A stretch of DNA of 64,000 bases from Candidatus Bathyarchaeia archaeon. Lineage in GTDB: Archaea > Thermoproteota > Bathyarchaeia > Bathyarchaeales > Bathycorpusculaceae. Of the stretch, positions 20,639 through 29,390 are shown piece by piece (positions within the stretch are counted from its first letter, which is position 1; each line of letters begins with the position of its first letter). Under the pieces are notes generated by a model. It was not told the origin of the DNA. It searched no databases and saw nothing but the letters and a program-made list of their open reading frames with translations. The stretch spans positions 1 through 64,000 of the forward strand of contig JBEKXL010000004.1 of the NCBI GenBank assembly GCA_049512075.1, written 5' to 3'. Made by a program: the position numbers and the translations under genes.

Positions 20639-22961
20639 ATCCTAGCGGGCGCTTCCTGGTGTGCACCTTGACGGATTTCTTCTTCGCCAAAATGATAACT
20701 GTTGGCAAGCTGACGCATATTAGTAAAACGACAAAACACGAAAATTCAGGTATAGTTCTCCAAGGTTCTGGCGGCTTATTCAGTACATAGAGAGCTAGGC
20801 ATGTTGTTTCAACATTTTCTGTTGCGTTTCGATCTGGAATTATGCCTGGTAGGTAATCTGTTCTAAATCCTCCATTCGGCATCTGCATTTGACAAAGTAT
20901 CTGAGTATAGTTGTAAGGAATGCTTTGTCCCAAAATCTGGCTACAGATCAGGACCAAAGCGACCTTGTAAGTCTGGTATTCATCCCCAGATTTGCCGTCG
21001 TTGACGCCTTCTGGCGTGCACATAGTATTAACCAATGTTGCAAAATCTGTGAGAGCTTTCGTTCTGTTGTTGAGCCACCATTCATCAATGATTCCGTACA
21101 CGAATAAGTCGGCATAGCTTTGCCAATCCGGTATCTGTATGTATTTTCGGTCATTTCTGACGATGAAACTACCGCTATCGATTATTCTCTCCGCTTCAAA
21201 ATCATCCGCATACAACTCGCCAGTTCCGTTCGTTGTCAAGAATCTCACATCTGCATAGCGAGCTTCGGATGGGCAAGTAAAATTGAACAGCACCAGTTGT
21301 GTCCAATTAGAATAGGTTCCGGGGCATATCTGTGTGAAGTTCTCTCCGATCCATTGTTGCGAGCTGTTGAACCATCGAAGATAGATGTACCAGTTGCCAC
21401 CGGTTACGTTGCCTTCCACGTAACATCTGACCAAGTAGTTTCCTAGGGGTTCTACAGTGAAAATGCTGGATGTCCAATCAGCGTCATCGGAAGTGACATT
21501 GAGCCCAATACTCTTCAGTCCTGATCGCGCATAATCTGATGACCAAGGCGTCGCAATCGGATTTGGAACTAAGTGAGACCAGTTATATGGACTCTGAGAA
21601 CCATTCTCCACGCTTGGATTGAGAATTAAGTTAGCGGTCAGATTCATATCGTCTGCGATGATCGGTGAGTAGTAATCTCCTGTGCTTGTGTAGGGTGGGT
21701 AGAGGATTGTTTTGTTGTTGAAAAGAACTTCGATTCTGTCGTTACCGTCATCGTAGTCTTCACCCACATACTTGCTGTAGTTATCTATAGTACGTCCGAT
21801 TTTGTCTCTAGTATCGTAATGCCCGTAAATGTTGAAGATTTGAAGAAGCAGCGCATTGTCGTTGTATATCCAGTAGGTTTTTGAACCATTGTACTCGCTG
21901 GCTAATCCCACACTATCATTGTAAAGCGACTCAAGAAACTGCAGCGCTTTGTCTCTGTCAAATGTGACAGTTGAACCCTGCGCGCGCGCACACATAATCA
22001 AACTTCTGTGGTAGCCAGTTAGGTCATATATGTATGAGCTACTGTATGCTGATGTAGAGTCGTTACAAGGTTCTATTTGCGTTCTTTCGTGGTACTCGTT
22101 CCAAGTAGAGATCATAATTATAGATGTATTGCCAGAGTTTGCCTCTGTGATGGCTTTGCTCCATTGTTTGTCGTAATAACCTTGTTCATATGTGACGTCG
22201 AATGTTGAATTGGGATTGCGTTGATGTCTGTCATCATATCTTGGACAAACGTCAATTTCCTCGTTTTTGCATACAGGTTGACCTCTTGGAAGATAGGGTT
22301 GGGGCATAGAAGATTGATCATCGAAAGACCAGTAGACCCAGTCAGTATAGTTTTGATGTCCAGATATTCTGGTTGTGAACCTATCATCTTTGGGATATGT
22401 TCCGTTTGGAGTAAAGTAGTCCTGTTGGTTGTATAGAACTATTAAAGGCTTGTCAAGGAAATGGAAGTAGATGCTTTGAAAAGGAGTTACGAATGTATCA
22501 TAGATATAATCATATACGATTGGAAAGTTGTACACTCCACTGGATTGGTTAAAGGTCTCAAATAGTATGGCTGCTTGTATGCTTAGATTGTTGTCCTTGA
22601 TTACCTGAAACACTTTCTTAGCATTGTCGTCAATATAATGGTTCGATGGGTCAGTAAAATTGCCTGCACCCCACCAAGAAATCAGTACAAAATCAATGTG
22701 AATGGCTATCATCTGCTCCAATTGGTTATATAAGGTTACATTGGAATTGGAATCATAGAATCCTATGTCTGGGGTGTCCACAACTTTGTTGAAAGAATCA
22801 TTCCAATGTGCAGTGTCCAAACCGGTACTCCCATTGCCATACCAGACATAATAGTAAATTCCAACCTTCACATTCACTGTAGAGGCAGCAGAGACATAAG
22901 GTTTAGGAACAGAAGCAAAAAAAACAAGTGCTAATATGACTAGTGCAGCTACTTTGGTCAT
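20616..22961 (-). CDS. Secreted, surface-anchored GH99-like glycoside hydrolase with CBM-like domain and PEF-CTERM-like tail
   Basis: Signal peptide; YYVWYG, SWWG, PRYDD and WNEYHERTQIEP motifs; NLILNPSVE..YADDF CBM4/9-like segment; IPEF + TM + KKK. Confidence 0.8.
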   Translation of the reverse strand: MTKVAALVILALVFFASVPKPYVSAASTVNVKVGIYYYVWYGNGSTGLDTAHWNDSFNKVVDTPDIGFYDSNSNVTLYNQLEQMIAIHIDFVLISWWGAGNFTDPSNHYIDDNAKKVFQVIKDNNLSIQAAILFETFNQSSGVYNFPIVYDYIYDTFVTPFQSIYFHFLDKPLIVLYNQQDYFTPNGTYPKDDRFTTRISGHQNYTDWVYWSFDDQSSMPQPYLPRGQPVCKNEEIDVCPRYDDRHQRNPNSTFDVTYEQGYYDKQWSKAITEANSGNTSIIMISTWNEYHERTQIEPCNDSTSAYSSSYIYDLTGYHRSLIMCARAQGSTVTFDRDKALQFLESLYNDSVGLASEYNGSKTYWIYNDNALLLQIFNIYGHYDTRDKIGRTIDNYSKYVGEDYDDGNDRIEVLFNNKTILYPPYTSTGDYYSPIIADDMNLTANLILNPSVENGSQSPYNWSHLVPNPIATPWSSDYARSGLKSIGLNVTSDDADWTSSIFTVEPLGNYLVRCYVEGNVTGGNWYIYLRWFNSSQQWIGENFTQICPGTYSNWTQLVLFNFTCPSEARYADVRFLTTNGTGELYADDFEAERIIDSGSFIVRNDRKYIQIPDWQSYADLFVYGIIDEWWLNNRTKALTDFATLVNTMCTPEGVNDGKSGDEYQTYKVALVLICSQILGQSIPYNYTQILCQMQMPNGGFRTDYLPGIIPDRNATENVETTCLALYVLNKPPEPWRTIPEFSCFVVLLICVSLPTVIILAKKKSVKVHTRKRPLGFEQCEHY

Positions 22962-23052
22962 ATAAAATCCCTCATAAAGCGCGCGTATCTAATACAAGCT
23001 GAGAGGAAACAAGTTGTTTCAAAAAAACGAGTTAGCGCGCGTGCCTAGCAAT

Positions 23053-23790
23053 TTAATCCCTTCCTCTGCAAGCCTCATATCTCGAATCATACAAGTGCCC
23101 CAATACGTAAAAACAAAAGTAGTTTCTCCACCACACCTTGTAGCTCTTTAACAATCCCCATTGTCTAAGTCTTCGACTGGACTCAAAAACGGGAGTTGAC
23201 AACACCTTTGTCCTTCCATAAGACGATGCTTTCAGCAACATATCCGTTATCTCAAGCATGTGAAGTTTTTCGTTAAACCCTTTTATCTTGTAAAAGATGT
23301 CTTTCCTTATTGCAGTCATGTCTCCTCTGTTGTAGAACTTCAATAGAACACTCAGATGAGCGCATAACCTGACGTATAATCCATCTAACACATAGAACAA
23401 GACAGCAGAGAGCGTTTTTCGTCGAGATGAAGGTAATACGCGCGAGATTACTGAAACCACTGCCGTATCTCTGAACTCTTTGGCGACATCAATGAGCGAA
23501 GACTTCTGCAACGTTGTATCTGCATCCATGAAGATCAAGATGCTTCCTTTGGCAAGACTCGCGCCGAAATTCCTTGCTCTAGAAACACCACTGGGAAGAA
23601 ACGTGTACACGTTTTTGACGTATTTCCTTGCTTCTCTAAACGTGTCGTCAGTACTACTGTCTACAACGATTATCTCTGTACTGACCCCGTGTCTTCCAAC
23701 TTGGTCGCTTGCTTCAAGCACCTTCCTCAAAGTTTTTCCTATATACTTCCTCTCATTCCTAGTGGCCAAAATAACTGAAAAGTCTACCAT
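23053..23790 (-). CDS. Family 2 glycosyltransferase
   Basis: SVILATRNE, VVDS.TD, ARNFG, DAD, GFNE. Confidence 0.9.
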   Translation of the reverse strand: MVDFSVILATRNERKYIGKTLRKVLEASDQVGRHGVSTEIIVVDSSTDDTFREARKYVKNVYTFLPSGVSRARNFGASLAKGSILIFMDADTTLQKSSLIDVAKEFRDTAVVSVISRVLPSSRRKTLSAVLFYVLDGLYVRLCAHLSVLLKFYNRGDMTAIRKDIFYKIKGFNEKLHMLEITDMLLKASSYGRTKVLSTPVFESSRRLRQWGLLKSYKVWWRNYFCFYVLGHLYDSRYEACRGRD

Positions 23791-23856
23791 TCAACCACAT
23801 CCCAAAACTGCATTAAGAAGTAAGTGGCAGTTAATTCCTGTCTTCTTGACTACCTT

Positions 23857-23916
23857 GTCAACGATTGTTGACCTACAGCCTGTTTTTCATAAGTGTTGTT
23901 GTCAACAACTGTTGAC
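23857..23916. promoter_or_regulatory. Two GTCAAC-N4-GTTGAC palindromes (putative operators)
   Basis: 23857-23872 and 23901-23916, between the divergent GT2 and ArsR-like genes. Confidence 0.55.
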
Positions 23917-23988
23917 TACCGATTCGGTGATGGTTGATATGGCAAGGATTAATTACAAGTGGTTTACAGAAGGGTTTCAGGACTTGCA

Positions 23989-25122
23989 ATGGTAGATCCT
24001 GCGGAACTCTTTGAGGCTATCTCGCATCCTGAGCGAATAAAAATTCTCAAAATCCTTGAGAAGCAACCTACCAGCTTTGCTTCTCTGAAGAGACAGCTGG
24101 GTATTGACAGCAGCGGGAACCTCGACTACCATCTCAAGAAACTCGGAGAACTAGTGGCAGTCAGAGGGGATGGGTTGTATGGGTTGACAGACGCAGGAAA
24201 AGAAGCACTCCTTTCCATTGACGCAGTAGAAACGTGGGCGGAAATGGAGAGGCGCAAGGTAAAGATGTTCAGGAAAATGCCCAAGGAAGCGTTTGCCTTG
24301 GGGTTGCTGGAAATTTGCACGGCAGCTTTAATCTTCTTGTTCTTCTTGGCGCCAGGGCAATGGCCTTTTAACGGGAGGGACAGCTTATGGGGATATGTCT
24401 TTTTTGGAGCCCTGTTACTCACAGGCTTTCGTTCTGGCCTTGGCGTATTCTTCCGTTGGAGATGGAGTTGGACGATGGTTCTGGCCAAATCAGCCCTGAT
24501 CATGTCAATGAGTCTCTTTCTACTGGACTACATATGGAAACCAGGGGCAGTCACACAATCAAGCTTCGTGGCGCTTTCGTACTTGGCGTTCGTTGCTGCA
24601 GAAATAGCTGCTGTAATCCTGGCATTGAGACGTCCCCTGAAGGATTACCTTGGAATAATAAATTGGGCCAAACTGCCCCGCCGTGACCTCATCGGCAGCC
24701 TACTATGCATCTCCGGCGGAATACTGCTAATTCTTCTTGCAAATGCAGTTCGCTTTCTTGTCCTTCCGCACGCACCAGACTTACAACTACTACCCGACCA
24801 TGTTAGCACAGTTTTCGCCTCTATGTCCGACACATCCATCCTATGCGGCTTACTCATAATGGTTGGAGGCGTTCTAATTCTGCTAAGAAGCAGCATCCTG
24901 GGCGCCGCAATCAGCATTATCTTCGGGCTTTTCCCCACTCAACTTCCACTTTCTATTCCATCCTGGCTTCCACAACAAACCACCCACCACGCTTTCGAGC
25001 TCATTACGGGAATAGACAAATCATCAGCATATCTCTTCGTGATCGCCGCAGTAGTCTATTCTCTACCCATAGTTGGAGGGCTACTTGCTCTATCCAGTGC
25101 GTGGCGAAAAATCCGAACATAG
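23989..25122 (+). CDS. ArsR-like wHTH fused to a multi-pass membrane domain
   Basis: FEAISHPERIKIL..SSGNLDYHLKKL..YGLT..G followed by several TM helices. Confidence 0.8.
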   Translation: MVDPAELFEAISHPERIKILKILEKQPTSFASLKRQLGIDSSGNLDYHLKKLGELVAVRGDGLYGLTDAGKEALLSIDAVETWAEMERRKVKMFRKMPKEAFALGLLEICTAALIFLFFLAPGQWPFNGRDSLWGYVFFGALLLTGFRSGLGVFFRWRWSWTMVLAKSALIMSMSLFLLDYIWKPGAVTQSSFVALSYLAFVAAEIAAVILALRRPLKDYLGIINWAKLPRRDLIGSLLCISGGILLILLANAVRFLVLPHAPDLQLLPDHVSTVFASMSDTSILCGLLIMVGGVLILLRSSILGAAISIIFGLFPTQLPLSIPSWLPQQTTHHAFELITGIDKSSAYLFVIAAVVYSLPIVGGLLALSSAWRKIRT

Positions 25123-25307
25123 CGCGCGTTAGTGAGCGGGAAACAGGTTGAAAGGGCGATAAAAAAGGGGATAATTGCGACCTCAGCCTTGACTGCTTGA
25201 TGTTACTTGAGCGCGCGCTGTCGCTATGGCCCTGCCTTTTCGAAAATCTTGACCCTTCAAGCGCGTGCGAATGATTGGTTTATATGAATTTAAGCAGAAA
25301 GCGAGTG

Positions 25308-25467
25308 CTAAGAAGGCAAGATTTCGTTGCAGACGCGGTAGTGTGCTAGGAATGTTCGTCCTTTGTCTGTGATACTTACTTTGGTGTGTCTCTTTCCTAT
25401 TCGCTCAGATATTATCAAATCGTTCTCGACTAGGGTTCTTGCGAAGAAATAGTTGATGCGCGCGCGC
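25308..25467 (-). pseudogene. 3' half of a small archaeal wHTH regulator
   Basis: ARINY..LVENDLI..ITDKGRTFL is a recognition helix plus wing; N-terminus lost at GCGCGCGCGC 25458-25467. Confidence 0.6.
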
Positions 25468-26129
25468 TCAAAATTGACTGGGATCCACCAAAATACAAGC
25501 AAGAAGAAACATTGCCGTTCGTCCCCGAAGAAAGCGAACTTGACCAGCTTATCGCCGCGTCACGAGGCAAGAGAATAACCGCTTTCCTCCAATGCCTCAA
25601 AGAAACCTACGCGGATCCAGGAGAAGTTCTTGCGCTTCGATGGATAGACATCTCAGGAAACATAATAACAATAAACAAGCCAGTCAAAGGCCATCTCCCA
25701 GGACAAATCCAAGTCTCCAACAAACTGCTCGCAATGCTGAACAGCCTACCCAAAACTTCAGAACGCATCTTTCCAGTAAGATATCAAAGCATTCTTCAAT
25801 CCTACTGGAACCTCCGAAAAAGAGCTGCCCGACTTCAACAGAACCCGAGGCTCCTGGCCATACAGTTCAGATCCTTCAGGCACTGGGGCGGAAGCATGCT
25901 TGCCCACTATACGAACGGAAACGTTCTCACAGTAAAGAAACTGCTAAGGCACAAAAGAATCGAGAGCACGATGAAATACATCAGCATGATACACTTCAAA
26001 GACGACGAATTCGAGGTCACATCGGCCACGACCACAGAAGAGGCCAAGCAGATTCTGAGCGCAGGCTTCGACTACGTAACCCAAAAAGACGGCATAATGC
26101 TCTTCAGAAAACCCAAAAGATTCCGCTAA
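25467..26129 (+). pseudogene. 5'-truncated tyrosine recombinase/integrase (catalytic domain only)
   Basis: LKIDWDPPKY..LPFVP, FRSFRH, LLRHK.I.ST.KY; integrase-like sequence begins at the GCGC run; no N-terminal domain. Confidence 0.82.
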
Positions 26130-26208
26130 AAAACCAGTGGTATACACGCAAAACTAGTCGGATTAAGGTTATATACTATTTCGGTTTTTGTTATTGTCGG
26201 TCGGGCAA

Positions 26209-26372
26209 CGGGCGGTAGCTCAGCCTGGCAGAGCTTCCGAGCCAGCGTAGGTCAAAGGATTTTAGCTGGCGGAGACGCTGTAGACGTCTGCCAAAGGTGG
26301 GCGTCACCCAGCCTACCAGGCGTACACGCAGATACCGGATTGTCGCAGGTTCAAATCCTGCCCGCCCGACCA
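26209..26372 (+). tRNA. tRNA-Tyr(GUA) with two introns (30/31: 26240-26276; 37/38: 26284-26333), CCA encoded
   Basis: C1-G72 acceptor CGGGCGG/CCGCCCG; spliced arm TCCGG-CT-GTA-GA-CCGGA; GCAGG-TTCAAAT-CCTGC T arm; TTATATA box about 26169. Confidence 0.88.
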
Positions 26373-26538
26373 CTCCAAGATATGGCCAAAGATGCTGTGA
26401 AAGCCCAGTGGAGGAAACTCGGAAGGGCTCTGTCTCTTCGACAACCCTCTTTTTTGCTCGGCACTTGCCAAGTCTTATATTATTTTACGCATACAAGTGC
26501 CCTTAAATGTGCGATTTGCAGGGTTGTGGGTGGAAATA

Positions 26539-27702
26539 TTGTCACGGTCTTCTAACAGGGTTGGCTGGATAAAGCCGTCGGCGATTAGGAGAATGCTTGA
26601 GTATTCTGCTGGCATGGAAAATCTGGTTCACTTCGAGCAGGGAGAGCCTGACTTCATAACGCCACACCACATTGTTGAAGCTGCTGTCAAGGCTGCTAGA
26701 AACGGTTTTACGCATTACACTGAGGTTGAAGGGACTTTGGAACTGCGTCAAGCCATTGCGGAGAAGGTTAAGAACGAAAACTGTATTGACGCTGATGCCA
26801 AAACGGAGGTGACCGTCACTTCCGGCTCTCAAGAAGCCATGCTTATCACTGCCTTGGGATTTCTGGATCGGGGGGACGAAGTTCTCATTCTTGACCCTTA
26901 TTACCCCGCGTATTTTGAGGACACGCTGATAGCAGAAGCGACGCCCGTGGCGGTCCGGCTTTACGAAGGTGGAAAATATGGCGTAGAACTCGACGTTCTA
27001 GAAAAGAAAATAACAGAAAAAACGAAGATGATATGGATGTCCAACCCTTGCAATCCAACGGGTCACGTATTCTCAAAACGAGACTTAGAAAACATTGCAG
27101 AGGTGGCACAGGAACATAACCTGATAGTTTTTGCAGACGAAATATATGAAAAACTAACTTATGACGGTGTTAAGAACATCAGCATCGGTTCCCTGCCAGG
27201 CGTGGAAGACAGAACTATCACGGTGAACGGTTTCTCTAAAGCTTACGCGATGACTGGGTGGAGAATCGGTTACATAGTGGCAGAAAAGAAGCTCTCTGCA
27301 ACCTTGCGCAAACTGCATTACTACGCAGCTTTGTGTCCAAACTCAATATCCCAGAAAGCAGCCGTTGCCGCACTGTCAGGGCCGCAAGACTGCGTTCAAG
27401 AAATGCTGAGAGAATACAGCAGAAGAAGAAGACTCATGATGGATGAGCTTAACCTGATTGAGTCTCTGCCCTACACGGTGCCAAACGGGGCGTTCTACGT
27501 CTTTCCAGACTTCTCAGCCTTCGAAAAATCGGATGAGGCTCTTGCCTTGCGTCTGCTAAAGGAGGATGGGGTGGTTACCGTGCCTGGATCCGGCTTCGGA
27601 GCAACTGGTGAAGGGCATCTGCGAATATCCTACTCCATTTCTTACGAACAAATCCAAGAAGGAATGAAGCGTCTCAGAACGTGTCTCAGACGTAAGGCAT
27701 AG
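26539..27702 (+). CDS. Class I/II PLP aminotransferase (aspartate aminotransferase-like)
   Basis: GEPDF, NP.NPTG, DEIY, FSKAYAMTGWRIGY. Confidence 0.92.
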   Translation: MSRSSNRVGWIKPSAIRRMLEYSAGMENLVHFEQGEPDFITPHHIVEAAVKAARNGFTHYTEVEGTLELRQAIAEKVKNENCIDADAKTEVTVTSGSQEAMLITALGFLDRGDEVLILDPYYPAYFEDTLIAEATPVAVRLYEGGKYGVELDVLEKKITEKTKMIWMSNPCNPTGHVFSKRDLENIAEVAQEHNLIVFADEIYEKLTYDGVKNISIGSLPGVEDRTITVNGFSKAYAMTGWRIGYIVAEKKLSATLRKLHYYAALCPNSISQKAAVAALSGPQDCVQEMLREYSRRRRLMMDELNLIESLPYTVPNGAFYVFPDFSAFEKSDEALALRLLKEDGVVTVPGSGFGATGEGHLRISYSISYEQIQEGMKRLRTCLRRKA

Positions 27703-27720
27703 ACTGTGCCATGGTTTATG

Positions 27721-28146
27721 CTAGGAGATATTCCTTTTTACCGTGACCATTCCTTTTTCTGCATCCACCTTCACCATGTCACCCGTGTGAATCGCCTCAA
27801 ACGGGTCTTTTTCCAGCCTGTCCACCAGAGGAACCTTTGCCAGAACCGCACTGACTATAAGCACAGTTTCGACGTCTTTGACTATCATCGCTTTGGGCGC
27901 CAGCTTGTGCGATGCCAGCTTGAAGAGGCCGTCTATCTGCACCACCGAGCTGGCCTTTCCTGATGGAAACACAAGCACCTTGTTTGCAAGATTCTTTCCC
28001 GCAAGTTCATGGGTTTTCTCCCTAACTATGCCCGTTCTTGGGTCTGTGAGGTAAAAACAGATTGGCTCATGAGAAACCAGAGCCTCGCCTTCACCGCAAC
28101 CTCCCACAATCTTGTGACATTTCAGTCTAGTTTCCTCGCCTTTCAT
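27721..28146 (-). CDS. Aconitase X swiveling-domain subunit (DUF126)
   Basis: G.GEGEALVS, L.GK....KVLVFP.GK.SS; ATGA overlap with the upstream AcnX gene. Confidence 0.88.
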   Translation of the reverse strand: MKGEETRLKCHKIVGGCGEGEALVSHEPICFYLTDPRTGIVREKTHELAGKNLANKVLVFPSGKASSVVQIDGLFKLASHKLAPKAMIVKDVETVLIVSAVLAKVPLVDRLEKDPFEAIHTGDMVKVDAEKGMVTVKRNIS

Positions 28147-29348
28147 TCGTATTTCCCCTTGATCGCGGCTTCCACGCAGTCTTCCAGTCCAGCCACAACA
28201 ACATCTTTGAACCTTCGGTAATAGGCGCATTTGGGCGAATCGGTCATGCCGACCTCGTCCCTGTAAACGGTCCAGCACGGTTCGTCAATGCACGTGTCCA
28301 CCACGACGCCTCCGCCAGCCTTCTCTATGGTGTCCACATAGCCCATTCTCTTGGCCAGAGCCTTGGTCGTAGCGGACGTGCAAATCCAGAACGAAACTCC
28401 GCTGTGAATCTTCTTTCCTTCTAACAGTTTTGCGGCTTCAGCCATCTGTTTGAGAGTGTAGTGAGGGCATCCGAGCATAACAAAATCTATCCTCCCACTT
28501 GCCGTCTGCATCTCTTCCCAACTGCGCTTGAGTTCGGCGCCGGTGACAGTGATCTTGTCCTCTGGGACGTCACCTTGAAAAGCCTCTTCGACGGTTTGGG
28601 CTTCCACAGTGAAGCCTGGCATGTAGAACATGGGCACTGCTCCGGACGTGTTCGACATTGCGCAGAAGTTTATGAGCTCTTCCGTGTTCGGACGCTTCGT
28701 TATGCCAGTTAACACTGGGATTCCGTAACCTATCTGCTCCCCAACGAACTGGCCCAAAAGAGTGTAGTCGAAGCTGTCTCTCAAAGTTGCCTCAACCTTG
28801 ATTAGGACCGTGCCTTTTCGATTTTCTTTTATGTGCAGCCCGTATCTGGGGGTCTTGCCGACAACTCCCGCTGCAAGCGCGCTCTGAGCTGCTTCTCGAT
28901 TGGTTGTTGCGCCGATCACAGAGTTTACATAGGGCGTGGCACTTGATTCGGAGAAGGCCACGGTTTCACCGAACAGAGGAATGTTTTCTGTCAGGTACGG
29001 CAGGCAACTCCAGCTTAGAATGGCGCCCACTTTCTTGTAGGCCTCCATAACTCTCCGGGCTACTTCAGCTTCGTCGCCCGGAATTTCGAACAATTTGTGG
29101 AAAAACTCGATGTCGTACACTGGATTTGTGCTGGTTGGAACTCGGCACTCAGCACCTCCATTTGCCAATAGCTCAACGAAGTACAGGTCTCCTTCCTGGC
29201 CGCTTGAGGCAGCATGTGCACGGCTGATGGGAATCATTTTTTCAGCGTCGTATGCGTCTCCTATGGCTACAAGCAGTTCCATCGCCCCTTTTGTTCCTTG
29301 TCCCAGTTCCCCATTAAGCATTTCTTCTTCTTCTTTGGTTAAATTCAT
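28143..29348 (-). CDS. Aconitase X catalytic subunit (DUF521)
   Basis: L..EEE.ML.GE.G, T.NP, SC.PY, ESSA..Y.NSV.GA.TNRE, GCPH, DTC. Confidence 0.9.
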   Translation of the reverse strand: MNLTKEEEEMLNGELGQGTKGAMELLVAIGDAYDAEKMIPISRAHAASSGQEGDLYFVELLANGGAECRVPTSTNPVYDIEFFHKLFEIPGDEAEVARRVMEAYKKVGAILSWSCLPYLTENIPLFGETVAFSESSATPYVNSVIGATTNREAAQSALAAGVVGKTPRYGLHIKENRKGTVLIKVEATLRDSFDYTLLGQFVGEQIGYGIPVLTGITKRPNTEELINFCAMSNTSGAVPMFYMPGFTVEAQTVEEAFQGDVPEDKITVTGAELKRSWEEMQTASGRIDFVMLGCPHYTLKQMAEAAKLLEGKKIHSGVSFWICTSATTKALAKRMGYVDTIEKAGGGVVVDTCIDEPCWTVYRDEVGMTDSPKCAYYRRFKDVVVAGLEDCVEAAIKGKYE

Positions 29349-29390
29349 CCGAACTCACCTTTTTCATACTGAAAACATGCCCTTGCCGCG

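Larger units (their letters stand above)
14611..26200. mobile_element. Decaying tRNA-bounded accessory island
   Basis: Lies between two tRNAs; integrase remnant, wHTH proteins, AT-richer glyco genes and many fragments; no att duplication found. Confidence 0.6.

Noticed and set aside
14611-26200. Classical integron with attC cassettes
   Set aside because: No consistent RYYYAAC/GTTRRRY-ended hairpins seen, mixed gene orientations, and no recognisable IntI-specific insertion in the integrase
14580-26372. attL/attR duplication of a tRNA end; intact provirus
   Set aside because: No second copy of either tRNA end found by eye; no capsid, packaging or replicative helicase genes
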